Shown here: positions 25,930-35,804 of the stretch, in pieces
Layout of the letters: each line of letters begins with the position of its first letter
How positions within the stretch are numbered: the first letter of the stretch is position 1
The notes under the pieces: generated by a model
Told to the model about the DNA's origin: nothing
Seen by the model: the letters and a program-made list of their open reading frames with translations, nothing else
Databases searched by the model: none
Origin: an uncultured Candidatus Rokubacteria bacterium
GTDB taxonomy: Bacteria > Methylomirabilota > Methylomirabilia > Rokubacteriales > DASRDR01
DNA: 64,000 nucleotides
Assembly (NCBI GenBank): GCA_963708025.1
Contig: CAVPSB010000019.1
Location: 128,001-192,000, forward strand
Reading direction: 5' to 3'
Position numbers and translations under genes: made by a program

Positions 25930-27252
25930 TCAGCGCATGGCGCGCAGGGCGTCCTCCATGACGTCGAGGGTCCAGTCGATGTCGGCCTCGGTGTGGGCGA
26001 GCGAGATGTAGAGCTTCGTGTTCGGGATCACGAAGAGACCGCGGGCCAGGAGCTCCAGGCCGAAGCGGTTCGCGCGCTTGGCGTCGGCGGCACGGAGGGC
26101 CCGCTCGGAGGAGAGGTCGGCCTGGGGCGCGATGAAGAAGACCTGCGCGATCGGGCCGTCACCGAGCGCGCGGAGCCCGATGCCCAGCCCGGCCGCCCGC
26201 TTTTCCACCCCCTGGCGCAGCCGCTCGCCGAGCGCGTGCAGGCGCGGGTAGACCATGGGACGGCGCAGCTCGCCGAGCGCGGCCCGGCCGGCCGCGCACG
26301 CCAGGGCGTTCCCGCTCAGCGTCCCCGAGAGACAGGCGTACTCGAGGGTTCCCTTGCGGGCCGGGTCGGCGGTGGCCATGACGTCGGCCCGGCCGGCGAT
26401 GGCGGCCAGCGCGAAGCCCGCCGTGAGCGCCTTGCCGTACACGGCGAGGTCCGGCACGACGCCGTAGTGTTCCTGGGCGCCGCCGTAAGCGAGCCGGAAA
26501 CCGGTGACCACCTCGTCGAAGATCAAGAGGGCGCCGTGGCGATGGGCCAGCTCGCGGAGGCCGGCCAGGAAGCCGGGGACCGGTCGGATCGCGCGCTGGA
26601 GCGGCTCGACGATGATCGCCGCCAGGTCGTCGGCGTGGGTCGACACGATCCCGGCGGTGGCCTCCAGGTCGTTGAAGGGCGCGACCAGCACGCTCTGGAG
26701 CGCGCCCCGGGGGATCCCGCCGATGTCCGGGGGCGGGCTGGGGTAGGGTTGCTCTGAGGGGATTCGCCAGTTGCCCACCATCGCGTAGTCGTGGAGGCCG
26801 TGCCAGCCGCCCTCGAACTTCAGGATCTTCTCCCGCCGGGTGAAGGTGCGGGCCATCCGGCAGGCGAACATGGTCGCCTCGGTTCCGGTCGAGACGAACC
26901 GCACCTGCTCGGCACCGGGGACGGCCTGCACCACCTCTTCGGCGAGCCGGACGGACGGCTCGCTCAGCCAGAAGAAGGTGGAGCCGCGGGCGACCTGCTC
27001 CTGGACGGCCTTGACGATCGCCGGGTGCGCATGACCGAGGAGCAAGGGACCGGAGCCCAGCACGTAGTCGAGGTACGTGCGGCCGCGCAGGTCGAAGAGC
27101 CGGGGCCCCTCTCCGCGCTCGACCACGAACGACAGCTCGGGCGGCAGGGCGTTCTGCCCCAGACAGGCGCCGGGGAGGTAGCGGGTGGCGGCTTCCAGCA
27201 GCTCCCGGGAGAGGTTTTCCGCGGCGTCGATCGACTGGACCGGGCTGGGCAT
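25930..27252 (-). CDS. Class III PLP aminotransferase (GSA-aminomutase-like paralog)
   Basis: GHAHP, GTEA, KFEGGWHG, LIFDEVVTGFR, PDL...GKAL; AAAGGAG RBS. Confidence 0.88.
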   Translation of the reverse strand: MPSPVQSIDAAENLSRELLEAATRYLPGACLGQNALPPELSFVVERGEGPRLFDLRGRTYLDYVLGSGPLLLGHAHPAIVKAVQEQVARGSTFFWLSEPSVRLAEEVVQAVPGAEQVRFVSTGTEATMFACRMARTFTRREKILKFEGGWHGLHDYAMVGNWRIPSEQPYPSPPPDIGGIPRGALQSVLVAPFNDLEATAGIVSTHADDLAAIIVEPLQRAIRPVPGFLAGLRELAHRHGALLIFDEVVTGFRLAYGGAQEHYGVVPDLAVYGKALTAGFALAAIAGRADVMATADPARKGTLEYACLSGTLSGNALACAAGRAALGELRRPMVYPRLHALGERLRQGVEKRAAGLGIGLRALGDGPIAQVFFIAPQADLSSERALRAADAKRANRFGLELLARGLFVIPNTKLYISLAHTEADIDWTLDVMEDALRAMR

Positions 27253-27341
27253 GGCGGCTCCTTTGGGCAATGGGTGCGCTCCCACCTTATGAGAAGGAAC
27301 CGGAGCGGCGCAAGAGCCACCACCCGGGGCGCGGCCGGAGG

Positions 27342-27384
27342 CTGCCCGGCGTCTGCCCGGCGTCTGCCCGGCGTCTGCCCGCGT
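27342..27384. repeat. 11-bp tandem repeat CTGCCCGGCGT (3 full copies + 1 degenerate)
   Basis: Read directly from the sequence. Confidence 0.9.
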
Positions 27385-27484
27385 CCTGGGCAGCTGCCCA
27401 TGAAAGCGGCACGCCGCCGCCGCCTCCAAGATGCCCGGCCCCGCCATCAGCCCGATTTTCCGGGCCGCCGCTCCACGGCGCTCG

Positions 27485-27566
27485 GGGCACGCCCCTTGCT
27501 TGACTAGACACGGCCCGCTCGCGCGGCGGTCGCTCGATTGAATTGCCGTCGGTGGTCGGCTAGAAT
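27485..27566 (+). promoter_or_regulatory. Candidate glnA promoters: sigma54 (27485-27500) and sigma70 (27538-27566)
   Basis: GGGCACGCCCCTTGCT (GG-N10-GC); TTGAAT-N17-TAGAAT. Confidence 0.6.
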
Positions 27567-27643
27567 CGGCGGCTGTAGCGACCCCGCCCCGCGGGTTTCG
27601 GCGCGAGAGTCAACCCCCCACCCCGCATGAACGGAGGAGCGGC

Positions 27644-29071
27644 ATGACGCCCAAGGACGTGCTCAAGCTCGCCAAGGACAAGGGTGCGAAGATCGTCGAC
27701 CTTCGCTTCATCGACGTGCCCGGTCTCTGGCAGCACTTCTCGATCCCGGTCGCCGAGCTCACCGAGGAGCTCTTCGCCGAGGGCATCGGCTTCGACGGCT
27801 CGTCGATCCGGGGCTACCAGACGATCGACGAGTCCGACATGCTCCTCATACCGGACCCGACGACGGCGCAGATGGACCCCTTCACCGCGGTCCCGACCCT
27901 GGTCCTCATCTGCAACGTCAAGGACCCGGTGACGATGGAGGCATACACGCGCGATCCGCGCTACATCGCGCAGAAGGCCGAGCTCTTCCTGAAGCAGACC
28001 GGGATCGCGGACACCGTGTACATCGGGCCCGAGCTGGAATTCTTCATCCTCGATTCGGTGAAGTTCGACCAGGGCTACAACTACGGCTTCTACCAGATCG
28101 ATTCCGACGCCGGCTTCTGGAACGCCGGCAAGGACACCTCGCTGAGCGGCGGGCCCAACCTGGGTTACAAGCCCCGCTACAAGCAGGGTTACTTCCCGGT
28201 ACCGCCAATGGACCACTTCCAGGACATCCGGTCGGAGATGGTCCTGAACCTCGAGTCGGTCGGCGTGAAGGTCGAGGTGCACCACCACGAGGTGGCGACC
28301 GCCGGCCAGACCGAGATCGACATCCGGTTCAACACGCTGACCACGATGGCTGACCGCGTGATGTGGTACAAGTACGTCACCAAGAACACCGCCCGCAAGC
28401 ACGGGAAAACCGCGACGTTCATGCCGAAGCCGATCTTCCAGGACAACGGCTCCGGCATGCACACTCACCAGTCGCTCTGGAAGAACGGCAAGAACCTCTT
28501 CTACGAGGTGGGGGGATACGCGGACATCTCGAAGACGTGCCTCCACTACATCGGGGGCATTCTCAAGCACGCCCCGGCGCTGCTGGCGTTCATCGCGCCC
28601 ACGACCAACTCCTATCGCCGCCTGGTCCCCGGCTACGAGGCGCCGATCAACCTCGTCTACAGCCAGCGGAACCGCTCGGCCTGCGTCCGCATCCCGATGT
28701 ACTCGCGCTCCGAGAAGGCCAAGCGGATCGAGTTCCGGACGCCGGATCCCTCCTGCAACCCGTACCTGTCGTTCGCGGCTTGCCTGATGGCCGGCCTGGA
28801 CGGCGTGGTGAACAAGATCGACCCTGGGGCGCCGATCGACAAGGACCTCTACGAGCTGCCGCCGGACGAGGCGAAGGCCGTCAAGCAGCTCCCCGGCTCG
28901 CTCGACGTCGTGCTCGACAACCTGGAGAAGAATCACGACTTCCTCCTCAAGGGCGACGTCTTCACCCCGGACCTCATCGAGACCTGGCTCGAGTACAAGC
29001 GGAAGAACGAGGTGGACGCGATCCGGCTCAGGCCGCATCCCTACGAGTTCTCCCTGTACTTCGACATCTAG
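27644..29071 (+). CDS. glnA: Glutamine synthetase type I
   Basis: [59 protein letters not shown]. Confidence 0.98.
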   Translation: MTPKDVLKLAKDKGAKIVDLRFIDVPGLWQHFSIPVAELTEELFAEGIGFDGSSIRGYQTIDESDMLLIPDPTTAQMDPFTAVPTLVLICNVKDPVTMEAYTRDPRYIAQKAELFLKQTGIADTVYIGPELEFFILDSVKFDQGYNYGFYQIDSDAGFWNAGKDTSLSGGPNLGYKPRYKQGYFPVPPMDHFQDIRSEMVLNLESVGVKVEVHHHEVATAGQTEIDIRFNTLTTMADRVMWYKYVTKNTARKHGKTATFMPKPIFQDNGSGMHTHQSLWKNGKNLFYEVGGYADISKTCLHYIGGILKHAPALLAFIAPTTNSYRRLVPGYEAPINLVYSQRNRSACVRIPMYSRSEKAKRIEFRTPDPSCNPYLSFAACLMAGLDGVVNKIDPGAPIDKDLYELPPDEAKAVKQLPGSLDVVLDNLEKNHDFLLKGDVFTPDLIETWLEYKRKNEVDAIRLRPHPYEFSLYFDI

Positions 29072-29265
29072 CGGGCGTGGCCGATGAGCTTCGCAACGTT
29101 CATCTCGGTCGGGACGCGCTCGGCCTCCGGCCTCGCGTCCGTCCCGACCTATGGTCGTCCTCGGTCGTCGCCGATCCTCGGCGTACTCGGAGTACGCCTG
29201 CGGTCGGCGACTCCCTGCGTCCTTGAGGCGGCGGGCGCTGCTCGCTCCTCGGCCCCGCCCGCTGA
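29068..29265. repeat. Repeat family B, inverted copy beginning at the glnA stop (CTAG)
   Basis: Ends CTAGCGGGCGTGGCCGA / TCGGCCCCGCCCGCTGA; shared core. Confidence 0.85.
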
Positions 29266-29363
29266 CTCTGGCCTTTCGAGGCATCTGAGGTCGCGGCGCC
29301 CTCGACTCCTTCCCTCTCCCTCCCGTCTCGGGAGGGAGAGGGCAGGGTGAGGGTGGGCCTCCC

Positions 29364-29846
29364 GTGACGCGGTCCCTAGGTCCGAGCCTTCCGGACGCCC
29401 TGCTGGCGCGGCTCATGGCCCCCGATCCGGCCGAGCGGCCGGGCGAGGCGATCGTGCTGATCACCCTCGATCCTTACGGCCGCCCGCACCCCGGGCTCCT
29501 GTCCTACGCCGAGCTGCTCGCGCTCGATCCCGCCCGCCTCCGGCTCGCTCTCCACGCCGGCACCCGGGCGACCACGCACCTGCACGAGTCCGGGCGCGCC
29601 ACGCTGGTCGTCGCCGACGCCGAGCTGCTCACTTACGTGAAGACCGACGCGGTGCCGATCGGCCCGGCGCCGGTGCATCCGCGCCTGGCGCGCTTCGAGC
29701 TTCAGGTGCGGGAGGTGCTGGAGGACCGGGCGGAGGGGGAGGAGGCGGGCTCGTTCCTGACGGGCGGCATCACCTTCGCCTGGCCGGGCGGGCCGGAGGC
29801 CTGGGCCCGCCACGCGGCGCGGGTGCGGGAAGCCCTCAGAGCCTAA
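29364..29846 (+). CDS. Pyridoxamine 5'-phosphate oxidase-like (split-barrel) protein
   Basis: LITLDPYGRPH..LLS..E pattern. Confidence 0.65.
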   Translation: MTRSLGPSLPDALLARLMAPDPAERPGEAIVLITLDPYGRPHPGLLSYAELLALDPARLRLALHAGTRATTHLHESGRATLVVADAELLTYVKTDAVPIGPAPVHPRLARFELQVREVLEDRAEGEEAGSFLTGGITFAWPGGPEAWARHAARVREALRA

Positions 29847-29915
29847 CCGGGGCTGCGCGCTGGAGATGTCGATGTCACGGCAAGCAGCTTCGCTGGTCGA
29901 GTCAAGGACTCGCCT

Positions 29916-30092
29916 CGTGGCTACCTGTTCCGCAGCCTGCGCACCCTGCAGCCTCTCCTCATTGCCCGGGCGGGCCGCCTGACCTGGCGCGAGGGCCGGA
30001 ACGTCCTGCACCTCACCGAGAACCCAGCAACCGAGAGGCTCTATGGGCAGGCCGCTCAACGCCTGGCAGCCTGATTCATTTGCCGATTGGGG
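29916..30092 (+). mobile_element. Probable IS1380-like transposase C-terminal remnant with right end
   Basis: Startless frame RGYLFRSLRTLQPLLIARAGRLTWREGRNVLHLTENPATERLY..RLAA* (stop 30072-30074) followed by ATTTGCCGATTGGGG; lower GC. Family recognised from memory. Confidence 0.45.
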
Positions 30093-30908
30093 TCAGTGCA
30101 TCTCGATGCCGCCGGCGACGTTGAGGGCGACGCCGCTCACGTTGTCAGCGCGGCAGAGGTAGACCACCGCCTCCCCGATGTCGGCCGGTGTCTGCTCGCG
30201 GCCGAGCGGCGTGTTCCGGCGGACGAACTCGTCGAACGCCTGCTCGGGCGGAACGCCGAGCGACGCCGCCCGGGCCGGTCCCACCACGTCGAGCCACATG
30301 GACGTCCGGAGCAAGCCCGGGCAGACGGCGTTGACGCGGATGTTGGCCGGACCCAGCTCCTGGGCCAGGGCCTGGGTGAGGCCGACGACCGCGAACTTCG
30401 TGGCGGCGTAGGCGGCGGTGAAGGCGCGGCCCGTCTTGCCCGAGATCGACGCGATGTTGACGATCGCGCCCTCGCCCCGCGCCCGGAGGTGCGGCAGCGC
30501 GGCGCGGGTGCAGAGGAAGACCCCTTTCACGTTGACGTCCATCAGGCGGTCCCACTGGGCCTCGGTCAGGGCTTCGAGGGGACCTGCCACGATCACGCCC
30601 GCGTTGTTGACGAGGATGTCGAGGCTCCCGAGCTGCCGTGCGACCTCGCTCACCAGCGTCTCGACGTCGGCGGCCCGGGTCACGTCGGCCACCAGCGGCA
30701 GCGCCTTGACGCCGCGGGCCGCCGCCAGGCGGACCGTCTCGTCGAGGTCGGCGGAGCGGCCGAGACGATAGGGCAGGGCAGGGTCCTCGGCGACGCCGAG
30801 GTCGGCCAGGGCGAGGTGGACACCCTCGGCGGCGAGGGCGAGGGCGATGCCGCGGCCGATGCCGCGGGCGGCCCCGGTGACGAGCGCGACCTTGCCGGTG
30901 AGCTTCAC
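30093..30908 (-). CDS. SDR oxidoreductase with a mycofactocin-type insertion
   Basis: TGAARGIG, NNAG, YAATK; insertion DLGVAEDPALPYRLGRSADLDETVRL. Confidence 0.88.
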   Translation of the reverse strand: MKLTGKVALVTGAARGIGRGIALALAAEGVHLALADLGVAEDPALPYRLGRSADLDETVRLAAARGVKALPLVADVTRAADVETLVSEVARQLGSLDILVNNAGVIVAGPLEALTEAQWDRLMDVNVKGVFLCTRAALPHLRARGEGAIVNIASISGKTGRAFTAAYAATKFAVVGLTQALAQELGPANIRVNAVCPGLLRTSMWLDVVGPARAASLGVPPEQAFDEFVRRNTPLGREQTPADIGEAVVYLCRADNVSGVALNVAGGIEMH

Positions 30909-31040
30909 GGCGGCTTCCTCCTCTGTTCGGGACCTCCCGCCCACCCCCCCAACCCCCCTCCCCCACCGTTCGACGGCCTTCGGCCTTTGGCCGGGGGGAG
31001 GGGGGAGCCGGAGGACCCGATTGGTTCAAACGCTCTCAGC

Positions 31041-32630
31041 TCACAGGTCGTTCCCGGAGTACGTCAGGTTGAAGCTCTTGTTGCAGAGCGGGAAGTCGGG
31101 GACGATGTTCTTCAGGACGGCGTATTCCAGGGCGGGCCAGTTCACGAAGGACGGGTCCTTCACCTTGACCCGGACCAGCTCCCCGGCCGGACCCGTCGCG
31201 ACCCAGTGGAGGATCGGGCCCCGCCACGCCTCGCAGCGCCCGAAGGCGTGCTGCCGGGGCGGCAGCGCTCCGAGGGGCGCCGCGATGGGGCCGGGCTCGA
31301 GCCGCGCGGCGACCTCGCCGATCAGGCGCACCGCTTCCCGGGCTTCCTCGATCCGCACCATCGTGCGGGCCCAGACGTCGCCCTCCTGATGGACGGCGAC
31401 GCGCGGCGCCAGCTCCCCGTAGGCCGCGAAGGGCGTATCGCGCCGCGCGTCCGCATCGATCCCGCTCGCTCGGGCGACCAGGCCGACCACCTGCATCTCC
31501 GCCGCCGTGCGAAGAGAGAGCCGACCGGTCCCCTGGAGGCGCTCGAGCACCAGGGTGTTCCCCAGCGCGATCGTCGTGACCTCCTCGAAATCCGCCACGA
31601 TCCGGGCGATCGTCGCCGCGGCCTCGGCCACCGCCGGTCCCGGCAGGTCGAGGGTCACGCCGCCCGGCACGACCGCGCCGCGGAGGAGCCGGTGGCCGGT
31701 CAGGCGCTCGTCGAGCCGCAGCAGGTCCTCGCGGAGCCGACCGCAGTGGGCGTGGGCGAAGGCGAAGCCGGTGTCGTTGAGGATCGCGCCGACGTCGCCC
31801 ACGTGGTTGTAGAGCCGCTCCAGCTCGAGGAACAGGACCCGGAGCAGCGCCGCCCGGCGCGGGATCGGGACGCCGGCCAGCGCCTCCAGCGCCTGAGCGT
31901 AGGCCACGGCGTGGCCGACGCTCGTGTCGCCGGAGATCCGTTCGGCCAGCGCCGGCGTTCGCTCGAGCGGGAGCGTCTCGAAGAGTTTCTCGGTGCCCTT
32001 GTGGACGAAGTAGAGGCGCGTCTCCAGGTTGACGATCGTCTCGCCCTCGACGCTGAAGCGGAAATGGCCCGGCTCGATGATGCCGGCGTGCACGGGACCG
32101 ACGGTGATCTCGAAGATCCCCTCCCCCTCCACGCGGCGGAACGGGTAGGGCTGCCCGTCGTCGGCGAAGTCGCCCGGCGGCGCCGCGTCCCGGCGGAGCG
32201 GGTGATATCCCTCGGGCCAGAACTGGTGCAGGGGCAGGCGCCGAGGATCGGGGTGGCCGACCGGCGTGAGCCCCAGGAGGTCCTGGATCTCGCGCTCGTA
32301 GCGGCTGGCCGCGTACGACCGCGTGGCGAGCGACGGGAAGACGGGGTGCTCCGGCGGCACCCGGACCCCCACGACCACGATGTCGATGGGCCCCGGTGGC
32401 CGCGAGGCGAAGCGGTAAACGAGCGTGAACGCCCCGGTGTCCCGGCGCGTGTCGGCCCCGGCCAGGAGCTCGAGCTCGGCCCCCGGGTCGCTCCGGAGCA
32501 GGTCGGCGAGCGGGGGCATGGCGACGCGCGGCGCCTCGCACGCGAGTTCGTGCGGGCCGCGAATGACGAGGTCGGTCACCCCGAGGTTCGCGGCGATCAG
32601 CCGCTCGGCCAGGTGCCGGAGCCGATCCAC
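31041..32630 (-). CDS. HyfG/HycE-like (NuoC-D) large subunit without Ni-binding CxxC (EhrL-type)
   Basis: YEREI.DL.G, VGPVHAGIIEPGHFRF, ERISGDT, ELERLYNH, DPSF.NW, DFPLCNKSFNL.YSG.DL. Confidence 0.9.
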   Translation of the reverse strand: MDRLRHLAERLIAANLGVTDLVIRGPHELACEAPRVAMPPLADLLRSDPGAELELLAGADTRRDTGAFTLVYRFASRPPGPIDIVVVGVRVPPEHPVFPSLATRSYAASRYEREIQDLLGLTPVGHPDPRRLPLHQFWPEGYHPLRRDAAPPGDFADDGQPYPFRRVEGEGIFEITVGPVHAGIIEPGHFRFSVEGETIVNLETRLYFVHKGTEKLFETLPLERTPALAERISGDTSVGHAVAYAQALEALAGVPIPRRAALLRVLFLELERLYNHVGDVGAILNDTGFAFAHAHCGRLREDLLRLDERLTGHRLLRGAVVPGGVTLDLPGPAVAEAAATIARIVADFEEVTTIALGNTLVLERLQGTGRLSLRTAAEMQVVGLVARASGIDADARRDTPFAAYGELAPRVAVHQEGDVWARTMVRIEEAREAVRLIGEVAARLEPGPIAAPLGALPPRQHAFGRCEAWRGPILHWVATGPAGELVRVKVKDPSFVNWPALEYAVLKNIVPDFPLCNKSFNLTYSGNDL

Positions 32631-32632
32631 GG

Positions 32633-32739
32633 CTAGTGCCGTTCCAACTTGTTCCAGCTGGTGCTTACGAGGAACGTGTTAAGTCCGCGCTTCAAGAATC
32701 GCTTGTCCATTTTGACTCGGGGAGTTGGAACGGCACTAG
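32633..32739. mobile_element. MITE (family D) with 17-bp terminal inverted repeats including CTAG
   Basis: CTAGTGCCGTTCCAACT...AGTTGGAACGGCACTAG; diverged second copy at 45135-45240. Confidence 0.85.
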
Positions 32740-34202
32740 CCCCCGAGGCCCACCGCCTCGACGATCCGCGCGAGGGCGCTGGCCAGCCTGTCGGGGAAGG
32801 CCACGCCGAGGACGACGAGCAACGCCAGGTTCACGCCGACCGGGACGAGCGGCCAGCGTGACGGCTCGCCGGCCGGAAGCCCTTCGGGTGGATTGCCATG
32901 GAGCATCCGGTTGACGGCGCGCAGGACGCCGCCGAAGACGGCCACCAGGAGCGCCAGCGCGGCGCCGGCCGCCCAGGGATGGCCACCGGCGAATCCCGCC
33001 CTGAGGACGAGGATCTCGCTGACGAAGAGCCCGAAGGGGGGAAGACCGATGAGGGCGAGCGTGGCCGCCAGGAAGGCGGCGCCGGTCCACGGCATGACCT
33101 GCATGATCCCGCGCACCCGGGCGACCTCGGCGCTGCCGTAGCGCTGCAGCAGCCGCCCGGCCAGGACGAACAGCGCCGACTTCGCCAGGGCGTGCGTCAG
33201 CATGTGGAGGAGCGCGCCGCCCAGCCCCCAGAAGCCCCCGAAGCCGAACCCGAGGCACACGAGCCCGGTGTGCTCGACGCTCGAGTAGGCGAGCATGCGC
33301 TTGTAGTTCCGCGGGGCCCACAGCGAGGCGGCGGCGATGGCCATCGAGGCGAGCCCCAGGCCGACGAGGAGCCGCCCCGCGAAGCCCGGCGCCGCCGCGG
33401 CGTCGGTGACCGCCTTGAAGCGCAAGAGAGCGTAGAGCCCCACGTTGAGCAGCACGCCGGACATGAGGGCGCTGATCGGCGCCGGCGCCTCGCTGTGGGC
33501 GTCGGGCAGCCAGGTGTGCATCGGGACGAGCCCGGCCTTGGTTCCGTAGCCGATCAGCAGAAACACGAAGGAGAGCTCGACCACGCGCCGGGAGAGGCGG
33601 GGAGCGGCCGCCGCCAGCGTGGACCAGTAGAGGGCCTGGTCCGTCTGGCCGAGCTGCTGGATGTCGGCGTAGAGGAGGACGGTGCCGATGAACGCGACGG
33701 CGATCCCGACCGAGCAGATGAGCAGGTACTTGTAGGCGGCCTCCAGGGACGCGCGCGTCCGTTCCAGCGTGATGAGGAAGACCGAGGCGAGGGTGGTTCC
33801 CTCGACCGCCACCCACATGAGGCCGACGTTGTCGGTCGTGACCGCCAGGAGCATCGTGAAGACGAAGAGATGGAAGAGCGGCCGGAACATGCCGGCCCGG
33901 GCGGCGGTGAGCCGACCGGCGGCCTGCTCGGCCCGGAGGTAGGCCGGGACCCCGACGGCGGCGACGAGCGCGATCCCGGCGACCATCGCCGCCATGAAGG
34001 CCGACAGCGCGTCGGCCCCCAGGCCCCAGCCGGGAACGGAGACTGCGGCGGCCCGCGACACCTCGACGGCCAGGGCCCCGGCGCCGGCGGCGGTGGCGAG
34101 CGCCGTGACGACGTGCAGGACGTCGGCCCGCCGCCCGGCGCCGGCCACCGCCAGGAGCGCGGCGCCGGCCAGGGGGGTGGCGAGCAGGGCGAGGAGGTTC
34201 AT
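32736..34202 (-). CDS. hyfF: HyfF-like antiporter-type membrane subunit
   Basis: LEAAYKY, GYGTKAGL.PMHTWLPDAHSEAPAP.SALMSG, KRMLAYSS.EH. Confidence 0.88.
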   Translation of the reverse strand: MNLLALLATPLAGAALLAVAGAGRRADVLHVVTALATAAGAGALAVEVSRAAAVSVPGWGLGADALSAFMAAMVAGIALVAAVGVPAYLRAEQAAGRLTAARAGMFRPLFHLFVFTMLLAVTTDNVGLMWVAVEGTTLASVFLITLERTRASLEAAYKYLLICSVGIAVAFIGTVLLYADIQQLGQTDQALYWSTLAAAAPRLSRRVVELSFVFLLIGYGTKAGLVPMHTWLPDAHSEAPAPISALMSGVLLNVGLYALLRFKAVTDAAAAPGFAGRLLVGLGLASMAIAAASLWAPRNYKRMLAYSSVEHTGLVCLGFGFGGFWGLGGALLHMLTHALAKSALFVLAGRLLQRYGSAEVARVRGIMQVMPWTGAAFLAATLALIGLPPFGLFVSEILVLRAGFAGGHPWAAGAALALLVAVFGGVLRAVNRMLHGNPPEGLPAGEPSRWPLVPVGVNLALLVVLGVAFPDRLASALARIVEAVGLGG

Positions 34203-34849
34203 CCCCTGAGCTCCCGGAGCTTGGCGACATCGGTCGTCTCGAAGGACTCGGAGATGTCCCCGAGCACGATCTTCAGGATGAGGACCGCCACCAGCAGGTC
34301 GAGGAAAGCCCCAGCCTCCACGATCGCCGGGAGCCCGTAGGTCGCCAGCAGCGCGAGCATGAAGATGCCGTTCTCGAAGACGAGGAAGCCGAGCACCTGC
34401 GTCAACGCCCGCCGGGCCGTGACGCAGAGCCAGAGCCCGATGAGTCCGGTGGCCAGCGCCAGGGGCAGGCCGCTGGCGGTTGGGAGGCGCGCATCCCGCG
34501 TCACCGGCAGCATCACCGCGTAGGCCACAAAGACCAGCGCGGCGGCGCCCAGGAGGAGCCCGGCCGGTGATCGGGCCGGGCCGGGCGGTCGGGTCCGGGC
34601 CGGCGCGACCCGGGCCAGGATGCGCGGGATCACCCAGCCCTTGATCACCAGCACGGCCAGGGCCACCAGCGCCAGCTCGCCCTTGCCGGCGAACACCGCG
34701 ACGGCGGCGGCGAGCGCGGCCAGCAGGACCGACTGGACGGCGAACAGCGCGAGCCGTCCGGGCAGGCTCTGGCGCCACACCAGGAGGAAGCTGATCGCGA
34801 CCACGGCGAAGCTCAGCAGGTTCACGACCTGGGCGAAGAGCGTCGGCAT
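34199..34849 (-). CDS. hyfE: HyfE-like membrane subunit
   Basis: Q.LGFL..ENG...P..VE.G..LD motif; position in the operon. Confidence 0.8.
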   Translation of the reverse strand: MPTLFAQVVNLLSFAVVAISFLLVWRQSLPGRLALFAVQSVLLAALAAAVAVFAGKGELALVALAVLVIKGWVIPRILARVAPARTRPPGPARSPAGLLLGAAALVFVAYAVMLPVTRDARLPTASGLPLALATGLIGLWLCVTARRALTQVLGFLVFENGIFMLALLATYGLPAIVEAGAFLDLLVAVLILKIVLGDISESFETTDVAKLRELRG

Positions 34850-34856
34850 GGCCGCC

Positions 34857-35804
34857 TCAGCGCACGAAGAAGAAGGACGCGACCGACAGGAGCGCCAGCA
34901 CGAACGATCCGCTCAGGAGCTCCGGCACCCGGAAGAGCCGCAGCTTGGCGACGGCGGTCTCGAGGCCGGCGACCAGCACCGCCAGCCCGAGGAGCTTGAT
35001 CGCGAGCGCGACCGCCCCCAGCGCGATCGCCGGGGTGGCGCCGGTCGCCGGCACCCCCCACGGGATGAACAGGTTTCCGAGCAGGGTGAGGAAGAGGAAG
35101 AGCTTCATGGCGCTGGCCCACTCGACCAGGGCCAGGTAGCGGCCGGAGTACTCGAGGATCATCGCCTCGTGGATCATCGTCAGCTCGAGGTGTGTGGCCG
35201 GATTGTCCACCGGCAGTCGTCCCGTCTCGGCGATCATCACCACGAAGAACGCCAGGAACGCCAGGAGGTGTCCCGGGTGGAGGGCGAGGAGACGCTCGTC
35301 GGCGAGCCGCTCGATGATCCCGCCGAGATTCGTCGTCCCGGCGTGGAGCGCCAGGGCGAAGATCGCGAGAATCACGGTCGGCTCGGCCAGAGCGGCGACG
35401 ACGACCTCGCGGCTCGCGCCCATCCCGCCGAAGGCGCTGCCGGCGTCCAGCCCTGCCAGGGCGAGGAAGAACGTGCCCAGGAGCAGGAGGTACATGACCA
35501 GCACGATGTTTCCGGTGAAGGCGAGCGGGGGTCGGGTCACGAGGACGGGGATGCCGCCGGCGATCACCAGCATGATGGCCGCCAGCAGGAAGGGCGTCAC
35601 CCGGAAGATCCACGAGGTCGTCTCCGAGACCACGACCTCCTTGGCCAGGAGCTTCCGGAGATCACGGTAGGGCTGGAGCAGCCCGGCCCCGCGCCGCCCC
35701 TGGAGCCGCGCCTTGAGCAGGCGGATCAGGCCGACGAGCAGGGGAGCGCCGGCGCCGACCAGGATGGCCTGGGCGAGCGAGACCAGGAGACCTGGCAGCA
35801 TCAT
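34857..35804 (-). CDS. hyfC: HyfC/NuoH-like membrane subunit
   Basis: QPYRDL.KL..KE, FGGMGASRE, AETGRLPVDNPATHLELTMIHEAMILEYSG. Confidence 0.9.
   Translation of the reverse strand: MMLPGLLVSLAQAILVGAGAPLLVGLIRLLKARLQGRRGAGLLQPYRDLRKLLAKEVVVSETTSWIFRVTPFLLAAIMLVIAGGIPVLVTRPPLAFTGNIVLVMYLLLLGTFFLALAGLDAGSAFGGMGASREVVVAALAEPTVILAIFALALHAGTTNLGGIIERLADERLLALHPGHLLAFLAFFVVMIAETGRLPVDNPATHLELTMIHEAMILEYSGRYLALVEWASAMKLFLFLTLLGNLFIPWGVPATGATPAIALGAVALAIKLLGLAVLVAGLETAVAKLRLFRVPELLSGSFVLALLSVASFFFVR

Noticed and set aside
25930-27252. Second hemL
   Set aside because: Lacks the PGGVNSPVR and GCYHGH signatures; the true hemL is at 47514-48797.
27342-27384. CRISPR array
   Set aside because: Contiguous 11-bp units without spacers; no cas genes or repeat-spacer pattern anywhere in the window.
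29310-29365. CCCTCTCCC...GGGAGAGGGCAGGGTGAGGG hairpin
   Set aside because: A common REP-like palindrome with one copy here; not treated as a separate system.
31041-32630. NiFe hydrogenase / formate hydrogenlyase call
   Set aside because: Both Ni-binding CxxC motifs are missing and there are no maturation genes.
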